The translations under genes were made by a program, and so were the position numbers. The notes under the pieces are model-generated. The model was not told the DNA's origin. It made no database searches and saw nothing but the letters and a program-made list of their open reading frames with translations. A DNA stretch of 64,000 nt from the NCBI RefSeq assembly GCF_037042905.1, contig NC_087248.1, forward strand, positions 14,446,001 through 14,510,000. Reading direction: 5' to 3'. Each line of letters opens with the position of its first letter. Positions within the stretch are counted from its first letter, which is position 1. The stretch is from Lytechinus pictus. Lineage: Eukaryota. Shown one piece after another: positions 1-11,630 of this stretch.

Positions 1-1781
1 CCATTGCTGTTCTATTGAAAAAGAGCAAATACTGACCTTGAACTTTAGAAGTTGTTGAACTCGGTATTCTAAAACTGGGAAAATGTTTGAAAATATACCC
101 AAAGCAGTTACGCCTTCACAATGTACGTATTCAAGCCATCAATGCGAAATGATGTGTTTGCATTTTTATCTTTTACTTTGGGAATATTGAGACAGTCCTA
201 TCTTATGATATGCCATTCGCGAATTATTATATAATCATTAAAATATCTTTTGGGGGCAGATTTGCCTGTATGTTTGTGGCATAATAATGTGGGCACGATT
301 ATAAAAAAAAGTGCTTCTCTTTTTCCAGATTTATTCTATCGAAATCAGTTTAAGCTTCGCATTTGCGTTTTTGTTTAGTGAGCGACGAATCGTAATAGGT
401 TTAAAAATGGAAATAAATTAAATATGTATACTCAAAAGTTTCAACTCCCATTCTCATTATTTGTGTTTAATGTGATATATTTTTCATGTTAAAATTATAA
501 AAACATTACTGTTAGTTCTTTACTAGTTCAAAGGTCTTTTGATGGGGCAAGGGATGCTGTAACTTTTTATAAGCATATTATCGTCTTCACCAAAAAAATG
601 TTTTTAAAACTGAGTATATGCTAAACTCTTATATATGCCTTGAAAATGCCTTAAAAATGCCTTAGGATTTCGAGGCTTCAAATCCTTGGGGCCATGGCCA
701 AGGCAGACCGAGATATAGACGGAGAGCTGCAGTCTCTTTTCAGTCAGGTTTTCTTTTTTTTTCCACCTGACTAATCCCCCGCGCGCTTACAGCTTGCATA
801 CAGACCAGTCTTTCCACTAAGGAAATTACCCAAATTCCGGTTCAGTAATCCGGATCATCATTCAGGTAAGTTTCGGGTAAGTAAAAAATTCTAGGTAATT
901 CCGTGTAATCCGAAAATTACAATTACACAACAATTAAATGGCGAAACTTTTAATATTTATGTTATCAAAGAATTGTTTACCTCGATACGAAGCCCAAAAT
1001 TTTCCGCTCGCGCTCCGCGCTCGCATTTCGTCGATTTTGTTGAACAATTAATGTTATATCCTTTGATTTTGGTCACTTGGACTGAATATAGGCTGGCTGT
1101 ATTATTGCCCGATTTTTGTTAAAAATCAAACTTGAAACTACCAAAAAATATTTCTGAATTTTTGGGGAATTTGGGATTCAGTTGTGGGGAAAATGTTTTA
1201 GATCTGAGGAGACACTGATGCAGACCATACAGGTGGATTATCCACGTCACCTCAATGACCATTTCAATGCTTTTTAGCCTTTATTCAGATAATATCACAT
1301 TTTTCATACATATTTCATTTCATTTTCATAAATTAAATTTACAAAATGAAGTGAAGTACATGTATACAGCAATAGAACAAATGAAATATTATACATTGTG
1401 ATATACATTTTTAACAAAGATTATCATAACCCATAATACTTACAAAAAAAAGTTCATTTCTCTTGTATTTACTGTATAATAATGCGGTATTGTATGATGA
1501 AAAAATCCAAACAGAAAGACTTTTCAAGTTCTGAGCAGATAATAAAATTGATACCGTATATAAAATAATTTGTTTATAGAGATGTGAATTATATAGGCTA
1601 TCCCATAATAAAATATATATATTTATACCTCTATATTTTGCAAGACAATACAAAAAAATAAGTGCCTACGTTGATACTTGGAAAGTGTACAACAATCTGA
1701 ATAAAGATTTTATACATTAAACATACACAAAAACAGAACAAACATATGATGCAGACCTATGTTGCAGCAAGGCCCTATATA

Positions 1782-2635
1782 TGAAGAGCTCACTTGCATA
1801 AGGGGTTAGGTCAATTTTTCATCAAATTTGATTTTTTTTCCTTTTCTTTTCTTTTTTTTTTTTTTTTGTCTCAATGTATATATAGATTTTTAGTAGCTCT
1901 ATAAGATCATACCAAAGGAAAGTTGAAATTCCCATTAAGAACTGAAATAAAATGGCCAATAAAAATCACCTTTTTTCAAAAGGGGTTAGGTCCATTTTAG
2001 TTTGGTTGCAAAAGGGGTTAGGTCCACAGAGATTTTTTTTGGAAAAAAAAATATTTTTAAAAATGTGAAGACAGGTAGATTTCTTTCATACCCAATTTTA
2101 TGTTCTCATGGTAGGGTATCATGAAATTAAGTTTCGCCGAACAATATTGCAATATGGGAGAATTAAAAAATGATTTTTTAGTTGGAGTGGACCTAACCCC
2201 TTTTGCAACCAAACTTTTCTGAAGAGCTCATTTTTCAAAAGGGGTTAGGTCCATTTTTTTTTTAATATAAATTTTATTATTTTCTGTCTCAAAACCTCTA
2301 AATTTTAAGTCGATCTGATGATACTAAAGAAAATTTGAAATTTAAATAAAAAACGTGAATAAAAAGTGTCAATGCAAAATCACTTTTAATCAAAAGAGAT
2401 TGGATTCATTTCAGTTTGCTTGCAAAAGGGGTTAGGTCCACAATTTTTTTTTTTTTTTAATATATAGAAAAAAAATTGGGGACAGGTAGATTTCTTTTAT
2501 ACCAAATTTTATATTCATATGAAAGGGTAGTACATTATGATAATTTAGTTTCTCATAAGAATATTAAAATAAGTGAGAATAAAAAACTTGTTTTTCTCGG
2601 AATGATCCAAACCTCTTTTGCAACCAAACTCTTCA
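1782..2635. mobile_element. Non-autonomous DNA element with TA TSD, made of two ~430-bp internal units
   Basis: TA|TGAAGAG...TTGCA ... TGCAA...CTCTTCA|TA termini. The motif AAAGGGGTTAGGTCCA recurs in both orientations, and 1782-2220 resembles 2221-2635. Confidence 0.7.
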
Positions 2636-2693
2636 TATCGTATCTCTGTGTGTGTTGCAGTTACACACGCCCTCTATCGTCATTTTTACAATA

Positions 2694-5600
2694 ATGGCTG
2701 AATCTTCAAGCGCTGCTGCTTCCAATTCAGAGGTTTGTTTTTCGTTTTGTCACAATGATAGTGCACTATTTACTATAATCTTTTGCGCATTTATTTATGT
2801 AAGATGTATTTCTATATTTCAGGGTAAAAGTATTTCGTATTGTTACTTTGGGAGGTCGGTAACGGTAATGAAGTTAACAAGTTATATTTTATTGTATGTC
2901 CCGTATGCTGCAAAATTTGTTGGGTTTTGTACTTTTGTTGCCAACAATGTTGGATTTTGTACTAGTCACTAGTAGTAGTACTCACTGTACGATCCATGAT
3001 ATTTCTATATATATTTCAGGATCAAAGTATTTCATATTGTTACTTTGGGAGGTTGGTAACGGTAATGAAGTTAACAATTATACTTTATCGTATGTCCCGT
3101 AGGCTGCAAGGTTTGTTCATTTTGTTGGATTTTGTACGATCCATGCAAATCATGATATTTATAGGCCGATGCAAGTTTTTTTTTATCCAAGTCACTCATT
3201 CAATGAACAAGGTTATGATATAACCTTGTTCTCAGTTATATCTCCATGTGTGGCAAAATAAGGGTGGCAATGTTTGGCTTATTTTCTCTTTTTCTTTGGG
3301 ACAAATGCTTGATTTTTTTACACTGACAGTTTCCATTAGGGCCTACACCTATTCGTCATACAACTTGGTTCTCTTATTAAATTTGATTCTTTAAATTATT
3401 TTTTTCTTAATTAAAAATAGAGATTAAAAAAATAAAATTTTCTTGCCATATTACTTTCTACCAATAGAGGGCGTACACAAAAATATGCCCGAAATTCAAG
3501 TTTTTGAGCGCTCTAGTGAATACAAAAATTATTCCCCAGTTACTAATGAAAAATAAATTGCAACTGTATGGAAATTAGTAATTTTGGTCTCAAAAGTGAT
3601 ATTTTAATGATTTTTTAAAGTACGCGCGACCCACTAGTTAGGAATCCACTGCCAAACGCGGTTCATGGTGCGAGGTTAGTATAACTTCGCAATACATTTG
3701 AGTGAGACTTTCATTGTGTTGACCAAGTGTAAAATGATCAACGATCGTTTTTGATTAAAATGTTGCAACATCCTGAAAGTCTCCTGATGACATTTTTGAT
3801 AATCCTTTTTAGACTCGGGATAATTGCAGACCACTGACTCGACTGAAATAAATACAAATGTCTCAAATTGAGCTCTAAATTTATATGAATGATGATGTAA
3901 ATTATTGTTAAATTATTACGATTTAATAAAATTTTAAGGCCATACTAAAAATATTGGTAATGTCAGCAAAGTTATGTTAAGTTGGAATATGGAAGTACTC
4001 CGGACGTCTCCGAGATAAAGAAGTACATCGCGCATGCGCGATTGATAACATAATTTTTCATTCATGAATAACTTACTCTGCTATGTCATGTAAAATTGTA
4101 TTCTATAATGATATTACGATCGTGAGAAGAGTTTCTGCAACGACGATGTTTGAAAATCAATCCTGACATGATATAATTTTATTTAGACAAGTGCACCCAT
4201 CACTCGTTACGGAATTCGTGATGTCCGTCATTAAAAATGGAAACGTAATACAAATTGAATTGAATTACATCAAACTCTAAATTCATATTAATGATTATCA
4301 TTCGCAAATTATTGTTAAAATATTAAGATTGAATAATGTTCTATGGTCATGATAAGAAATATTGTTAATGAACGCAAGATTTATTTTACGTTGATCCCGG
4401 CGTTGATTTTCCTTTCAGAACAATTTAGATCTGGTTTGATTAAAGCACAATGCGCATGTGCGATCGATGACTATAAATTCCATTCATGAATTCATCGCAC
4501 AAATTATCTCGGCACGAAAAGACGAGTGAGACTCGAATTAGGATCAAAATAAACTTCAAATTAATGGTGAATAGGCATCATAATTATACATGGTTTCATT
4601 TTAGGGAAATAGAAATCGAGTAATAGCTATTAAGGCGCGGCAAAAAGCACATAGCTTGTTTTATCAATCATAACGTCACTGCATCGTATGTAAACTTCGT
4701 GAACGCCCACGCCCCAGGTGGGCCCAAGACAGATTTCATTCATAAAAAACTGTGAGTGAAATTCTAGCGCAAATACAGAACCTCAAGGGTGGGTATGAAA
4801 GTGGAATTTTAGTTATTAATACTTGTGCAGCGTCTGAGAACTTGGAATCAATGTGAGGCTGTCAGCATGGTAATAGAATTGTGTTCAATTAAGTAATTGT
4901 TCACTTGTTTACAACTCCCACGCAAGTTTTATACAGATGTACACGGTGATGGAATTCAGTACACATGCACTGACTTGACCGGGCGTGTACATGTGTACCC
5001 AAAACGGGCCTAATATAGAAGGCAGCACACGGCCTTTTGTTGCTGCCCTCTACGTTCGAAGATGTACAGCACGAAATCAAAATGGCAGATAGGCAAAAGA
5101 TGTTGACTGCTCAGAATGATGTCCAAAAAGCCCCAAATTTATCGATAAAACTTCATCCAACCCTAAAATAATGCAAAAGGTGAGGATGTATTTATGCTAA
5201 ATATGTTTGTGTAAAGATGTTATGTAACCATTTACATCCGATGAACACGGATTTTAAAGCATTCTTGGTACAGTGGCTGTACCTTGGAGAAAGCTATGGC
5301 TGGTCCGAAGTCGTGGTCAATCTTGACCACCGCAATTGCCATCGGCCAGTTTTCATAACAAAGGGAATAACCATCAGTCCTGTTAATATGATATGTATGG
5401 ATTAAAATAGCTTGTGCAAAATAGTTGCAGGGTGGAAAAAAACCCTTAAGCGGCCGCACACTGGTGCAGATACTCTACATATGTATACCAACTCGAGTAA
5501 TGCGCCCGTAATTTGATATGACACATGTGCCTCGAATCGATCTCGATTCAACATGTCAAACTTATTTCACATGCAAGCAGTCAATCCCGACAACACACAC

Positions 5601-8308
5601 TAAAGCTGTACCCTTCTGGACAATAGGCTAAGTCAGTGATAACATCTAATTAATGCCATCAACACATGCGGGAAAGGCGCAAAAATTGACCTTCGTTTTT
5701 GCTGGACAGTGTAGTTCACCAGTAGAGGCGCTGGTCAGAAGATTGGGATCGTCCAAGTTCACAGGGACTGTCTCAGTTTTCAAAGATTTCTCCAAACATG
5801 AAATCTACGATAGTTCATTCACCAGTCAAGTGCCGATACCAATCTTAGACATATCAGGTTTCATAACAAGATTAAATTGGAAGATGGCAAGTCATGAAAA
5901 ATAGACGCTGAACTGGGGGAATCGAGGTCACTAAATCTGTTTTTAGCACACTATATCCCTGTAATTGCTGTCTATATCCCGCAGGGGTAAGTGAAAAGAA
6001 AAAAGCTGTCCCCATAAAGAAGGACAGTCTCTATTTTTCAAGATATTTGTCTTGGTTTATTAGGATGTCCTTGGTTTCTGGGACAATCCCAATTTTTGGA
6101 CCAGCGCCTCTACTGTTCACCGATGAACTGAAATTACAGAGCTAGATCTACATGTACCAGTATGGGATCTTTCCCTCCACATGCATCACACTGTCATTTA
6201 TAGAAAACGTTTTTTGTTTGCATTTTGATTATTCTCTCCTGAAACAGGAAACTGAGGATACCCAGGACTTCGATGGGCAGGAAGTTGATCAAGAAATTCC
6301 TGCTGAGAGTGCCGATAAGAAAAAAAGGTTCTTCAACAAAGAATGTAAGACTTTTTTCAGGCTTTCCATCCTGTTTTAGTTCGCAAGATAACTGAAGAAC
6401 CCAATTTAGCAGATAAACTTAAAGCTTAGGTCATGTATCCACCTTTTTTTTCTAATTTACATGTACATCCTCTAGGGCACATGGCTAACTTGCCCCACCT
6501 GGATATGCTGGATATTCCATACTTTTAAAACATTATATATAGAAATAGTCTGCTTCAGCATATGGAATATATATATATATATATTTGTCTATTTATGTAT
6601 ATATATCAAATTGGAGAGAACTGAATTTTTCAAGATTGAGATAGTATTTGCCAGTCTCTAGGAGGTATCAAAGTATAAATCATATATCCATATATATTTT
6701 TTTATCATATTACAAAAAAGCAATGTTTACATCTCGTTCTTTTTTCTTCTTTAATCTTACTGTGCAGTGAGATGTATGATGTATGGCTTTGGTGATGATC
6801 AGAACCCATATGCTGAAACTGTGGATCTACTAGAAGATTTAGTTCTTGGCTTTATTACAGATATAGTAAGTGTGCTATGCATGTTGCTTTTGAAAATAAA
6901 TAGAAAAGAAAGAAGTGTGGACAGGGGTGTGAGAGTTCAGATTTTTATCTGATTTCCGATTTTTTTTTTTTTTGGTTTTTATTTTCAGCTTAATTTCAGC
7001 TTATTTTTGGCTTTCCTCTGTGCAAAAAGTATGGGAGCTCTTTCTTTTTCAGACTTTTTCAACACTCTTCAGCTTTTTTCAGATCTTTTTATTTGTGACC
7101 ACTCACACCCCTGAGTGTGGATAAAGTGCATATTCCACAAATGTTGAAGGTAGATTTTTACAAGTATATAGGCCTACTAAACGTGATAATGATGGTATTA
7201 ATAGTCATCGTATTTAAAGGTCAAGTCCACCCCAGAAAAATGTTGATTTGAATACATGTAAGTAGAGAAAAATCAAACAAGCATAACGCTAAAAATTTCA
7301 TCAAAATCGGATGTAAAAAAAGAAAGTTGTGCATAATTTCACAAAACAGTTATATGCACATCCTGGTCGGTATGCAAATGAGGAGACTGATGACATCATC
7401 CACTCACTATTTCTTTTGTATTTTATGATACAAAATATGAAATATTCTAATTTTCTCATTGTCAAGGGAAACAACGACCAATTCCTCCCTGAACTTGTGG
7501 AATGAGCATTGTTCAATACTATATGGTTCAGTCAAGTTGGTCCTTATTGTCAAAAACATAAATAATGAAATATTGTATAATTCAAACAATAAAAAACAAA
7601 AGAAATAGATGGACATCATCGACTGGCCCATTTGCATGTCACTGAGTTGTGCATATCACTGTTTTGTGAAAAATAAGCGAAACTTCAAAATGTAACTTTT
7701 TATTATACATGTACATCTGATTTTGATGAAGTTTTCAGCATTATGTTTGGATTTTTCTCTATTTATTCAAATCAACATTTTTCTGGGGTGGACTTGACCT
7801 TTAAATTAGAATGTCTGTAATTTAGATGCAACGGTCTTTGCTTTAATAAGCCAAGAGAGTAATAACTACATGTACTTGAATAAATTTTCAAATTATATTT
7901 ATAAAGATATGCATTACCCAGGAAAGCTTGCCAACTTTTTTCTTTAGTCTGTAAGAACTATACAGATTTATTTTAGTAACTAGACTATGCTTGTCTTTTC
8001 AGAGGTACAATACATGTTTTGCATTATCCGCCCTTAAAATTACTTTAAATTGTTATTGACTTTTGGAAAGTACTGCATGCAGTAGAGTAAATAATAATTC
8101 CATGCAGCATCTCATTCTCTTCCTTCATGTTCTTTTCAATCAGACCCTGAAGTCAACCCAGGTAGGCCGACAAGGCAGAGTTCAAGTAGAGGATATCATC
8201 TTTCTCATCAGGAAAGACCCTCGCAAGTATTCCAGAATCAAACAGCTTCTACTGATGAATGAAGAACTCAAGAAAGCTAGGAAGGCATTTGACGAAGCCA
8301 ATTATTAG
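2694..8308 (+). CDS. TAF13: Transcription initiation factor TFIID subunit 13 (132 aa, 4 exons)
   Basis: Exons 2694-2732, 6248-6344, 6768-6865, 8144-8308; all GT-AG, phases 0/1/0, total 399 nt. Protein MAESSS...KKRFFNKELRCMMYGFGDDQNPYAETVDLLEDLV...GRVQVEDIIFLIRKDPRKYSRIKQLLLMNEELKKARKAFDEANY matches the TAF13 histone-fold signature. The short exon 1 is the least certain. Confidence 0.93.
2807..3145. repeat. ~195-bp tandem duplication in TAF13 intron 1
   Basis: The block tattgttactttgggagg(t/c)ggtaacggtaatgaagttaacaa...gtatgtcccgta occurs twice (~2838 and ~3035). Confidence 0.85.
5720..6115. mobile_element. MITE with CAGTAGAGGCGCTGGTC TIRs and 5-bp TSD (TTCAC)
   Basis: Imperfect ~36-bp TIRs; TTCAC at 5715-5719 and 6116-6120. 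Confidence 0.85.
7218..7800. mobile_element. ~590-bp TTAA-TSD MITE (Kolobok-like AGG termini), copy 1
   Basis: TTAA|AGGTCAAGTCCACCCC...GGGGTGGACTTGACCT|TTAA with ~120-bp TIRs; homologous copies at 26793, 38105 and 53275. Confidence 0.9.
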
Positions 8309-8607
8309 TGAAAATGTCCTGTTGAACTGTCAATCATAGAAGATGATATGGGTACTAGGACGGAAGTTCCGCTACTTTAGGAAACTGAGCAAAGGACCCA
8401 TATCTTAGATAATTTTTCTGGTGATTCGACAGCTGTGAATTGTAAGAACTGAAATACAGCGAGATAGTATTACATGTAGGAGTTTGTTTTATTGGTGTGG
8501 AAACTATATAAAGGTTACGATACAGTGGCTTGCAGTACATATTTATCGCTGCATTTCTTGATGACATCCTTAGATTCGGAACCTTCGAAGGATCAGCCTT
8601 GCCGAGG

Positions 8608-8970
8608 ATGGTGAAAAGATGCAAAGGTGACGCGGGTCACCAGCGAATGAACTACCTGTACCAAGCAGCCCACTGCACCCTGGCACAGAACCCTGGGAAC
8701 ACTCAGCTGGCCAGGTTCTACATCGAGACCATGAAGAATGTAGCAGCAAAGCTCGTGCTAAGACTTGATCCTCATATCAAGCGTACTATATGCAAAAAGT
8801 GCAGTTCCCTTTTGATCCCTGGGGTCACTGCTACTGTCAGGGTCAAAGGTCGTAGGCAGAAGCACGTGGTAGTGACATGCTTAGATTGTAAACAAGTCAA
8901 GAGGTTCAATACGGATGAAAAGCATGTTCTGTGGGCACATAAAACGGAAGCCATTCAAGACAAGAGCTGA
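8608..8970 (+). CDS. RPP21: Ribonuclease P protein subunit p21 (Rpr2/Rpp21 family), intronless, 120 aa
   Basis: First ATG of the ORF is at 8608 in strong context (aggATGg). Motifs QRMNYLYQAAH, LARFY, KRTICKKC...LLIPG and VVTCLDC give the two CxxC zinc-ribbon pairs typical of Rpp21. Confidence 0.93.
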   Translation: MVKRCKGDAGHQRMNYLYQAAHCTLAQNPGNTQLARFYIETMKNVAAKLVLRLDPHIKRTICKKCSSLLIPGVTATVRVKGRRQKHVVVTCLDCKQVKRFNTDEKHVLWAHKTEAIQDKS

Positions 8971-9291
8971 TAAATCGGCTTTTAAGTGTAGATTGCCAAA
9001 AGAAACTCGTGCTAAGAGGATGCGCGCTACTGCGTACTAATCAATAAGATTGTGCACAACATATCATGTGCACGGCGGCATTTCTGCACGACTCTAATTC
9101 ACACTTATTTGAAGTTATTTCTTTGTGACCAACATCCCCCCCCCCCCCCTCCCGGTTATGTAAAGAAAGTCGAAAGTCATAGGTAAAAAGCTGTGACTTG
9201 GAATATTACTTTGTGTAAGCATGAATTATTTTCATCTGATTTCTTTATAGAATGTAAGTTTTGGTCCCAGTTCATAATTTAATTCATTTAA

Positions 9292-9837
9292 AGGGGTACT
9301 CAAGGTTTAACATCATATGATTTGAACAGATAAAGAAAAATCAGACAAAACACTGATCATTCGATCAGAATCAGACAATGAATAACAAAGTTATGGCATT
9401 TTAAAGATTTGCATTATTCTAATGAAACAGTTCTAGGAATGTCTTTATAAATATTCAATGAGCAAACTGATGATGAAATATCTCTCTTGTTCTTTTGTAT
9501 TTTATTGTTTGAAATTAGGTTTATTCTTTTTTTTCCTCTAAGAATTAAAAAACAGTTAAACTGACAACTGATTCAGTGCATTAGATATTCATTGCTGCAA
9601 TTTATTTCATTATAAGGGAGACATATCATTCACACATGAATCAAAATATTGAAACAATTGTGATTTCATGTAATAACATAAGAAAAGGGAAAATGGAGAT
9701 GTCATCAGCCCACCTAATTAATATTCATGACGATCTGTTTTCACAAAATATTGAAAAATTTAAAATTCAATAACTTCATTATTTGATATAACAAAGTTAC
9801 GATGAAATCTGATAAATCTTCAGCCCAGAGCACCCCT
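9292..9837. mobile_element. Diverged TTAA-TSD MITE related to the 7218 family
   Basis: TTAA|AGGGGTACTC...GAGCACCCCT|TTAA; similar internal organisation. Confidence 0.7.
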
Positions 9838-10115
9838 TTAAACTGAGGTTACAAGAGTATCTTGCTATCCTATCCTTGTAGAATTGGGTTCTTAGGATGG
9901 TTTATAGAGCTAAAATCAGTTACACATGACATTACACATGTTGGGAACATGGTAATAAACAAGACTCGGTTATTTTGTTTGAAATTATTGACCAGCATCC
10001 AGATGCTAAGTTCACTTTTAAACATTTCATTAATATTATCATGAATTGATTCCCTTTTTGAAAAATTCAGCCTCAAGGGAGCCATACATGTACCATAAAA
10101 CTGTTAGTTACAAAT

Positions 10116-10221
10116 GGGCATTTTCATGGTAACTGACGTTACACGGCACAATTTTACACCTTTCATTGTGAAAAGGTGTGTAAAATTGTGCCGTGTAACG
10201 TCAGTTACCGTGAAAATGCCC
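10116..10221. repeat. Near-perfect fold-back (~50-bp stem) mini-element
   Basis: gggcattttca(t)ggtaactgacgttacacggcacaattttacacctttca followed by its reverse complement; flanked by a direct repeat AAAT (or CAAATG, depending on boundary). Confidence 0.9.
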
Positions 10222-10539
10222 AAATGCTTTTACGAGTGACTGGTAATCCTTGTGCTCAATGAGTTTTTTCTGTTTTAACCTAATTGGTATAGATCTAACT
10301 TTCTATGACCCATCAATCTGATTTCGCACAAGAGAAGGATAGCAGTCATGCATAACTTATGAGAGCTTTATGAGACACACTGAAGTAATGTTCGGAGTAT
10401 TCATGGTGAGATTTTGATATCCTTGATATTGATTTACACAGAATCACTGCTGGTGGGAGTTTCATAAACCTGTTTGCAGGCTATGACTGACTTTAAGAAC
10501 GATTGGTGATCCTTCCTTGTGGCAAGCGGTCAACACCAG

Positions 10540-10968
10540 GGCCCCCGTATTACAAAGAGTTACGATTGATCCAATCAATCGTAACTCTATGGAAATCCAT
10601 CAGTGTCATAATTTTTCTACAGGACTTTTGCACAATGTCCTTTGAAAAAAAAGAGAAGCATACTGAATTGTCAAGAAAACAGTAAATGTATAAATATACC
10701 AATAACTAGAAAATATTTTGAAGAAACATGTATTTTAGATGTTGGCGTTGCTGGCTTTCCATAGTTGTGATTGATTGGATCAATCGTAACTCTTTGTAAG
10801 ATGGGGCCCAGGGCTCCGTAACACAATGGTTTGTAATCAATCGCTGAATACCAATGACCAATCAAGATCATCGTTGCATGCATACTCTGTTTAACATACT
10901 GACCGGGAGCCAATGAGTGCGGTTCTTTCATATTTGCAGTTCATGGCAAACCTTTGTGTTACGGAGCC
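10540..10968. mobile_element. Two back-to-back PIF/Harbinger-like MITEs (10540-10808 and 10812-10968) with CWG TSDs
   Basis: CAG|GGCCCC.GT.TTACAAAGAGTTACG...GGGGCC|CAG|GGCTCCGTAACACAA...TTGTGTTACGGAGCC|CTG. Related copies at ~11108-11360 (truncated), ~42106-42365 (inverted) and ~35730-35895. Confidence 0.8.
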
Positions 10969-11472
10969 CTGATCTCCATTGGCGCTGGGTTAGTTCCTAA
11001 TTTAGGGTCTTTTGTTTTAAATCACTCAAAACTTACGAACAGCTTTATTAAACACCCACCCGCTGTGGTAACAATCATTAATTACAATTTGTATTAAAAT
11101 GGTCCTGGGCCCCGTCTTACAAAGAGTTACGTTTGATCCAATCAGTCGTGATTCTATGGAAATCCATCAGTGTCATAATTTTTTCTACAGGAAATTTGCA
11201 TCATGAGCTTTGAAAACAAAGAGAAGCACAGTGAATTTTAAAGAAAACAATGAATGCAAGATTATACATCATAGTTAGAAAATATTTTGAACGAACGTGC
11301 GTAATAGATGTTGACGTTGCTGGCCGTCCATAGTTGTGATTGATCGGATCAATTGCAATTCAGGCACCATTGCATCCAATGATTTATCCATGATTGAAGG
11401 CCATCAAAGCCATGGCTGTTGATGAAATTTCCACTGTGCTCAGTTCCCCTCCAATTGACCTTTGGAGTTCTG

Positions 11473-11630
11473 GGGCCCATTTCATATTAAGAGTTACATC
11501 TGTTGTAACTTTGCCATTATGGCAACTACCATGGTAACCTTGATTATGATTGGCTGCTGAGTACTGTTACCATGGTAGTTGCCATAATGGCAAAGTTACA
11601 ATAGTAATAAGATCTTTATGAAACGGGCCT
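11473..11630. mobile_element. Short palindromic Harbinger-like MITE (CTG TSD)
   Basis: CTG|GGGCCCATTTCAT...ATGAAACGGGCCT|CTG with internal inverted TTTGCCATTATGGCAACTACCATGGTAAC; truncated relative at ~30243-30381. Confidence 0.75.

Noticed and set aside
8558-8600. Possible SECIS element or C/D snoRNA in the TAF13-RPP21 spacer (TGATGA plus stem)
   Set aside because: No correctly placed 3' GA quartet or apical AA for SECIS, no in-frame Sec UGA in either gene, and no matching D box with terminal stem.
8530-8607. 26-aa N-terminal extension of RPP21 in the ORF track
   Set aside because: It starts at TTG with no Rpp21 similarity; the ATG at 8608 has strong context. Kept only as a possible splice-in segment.
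8306-8610. Stop-codon readthrough fusion of TAF13 and RPP21
   Set aside because: The TAF13 TAG is followed immediately by an in-frame TGA, and RPP21 is in a different frame (299-nt spacer).
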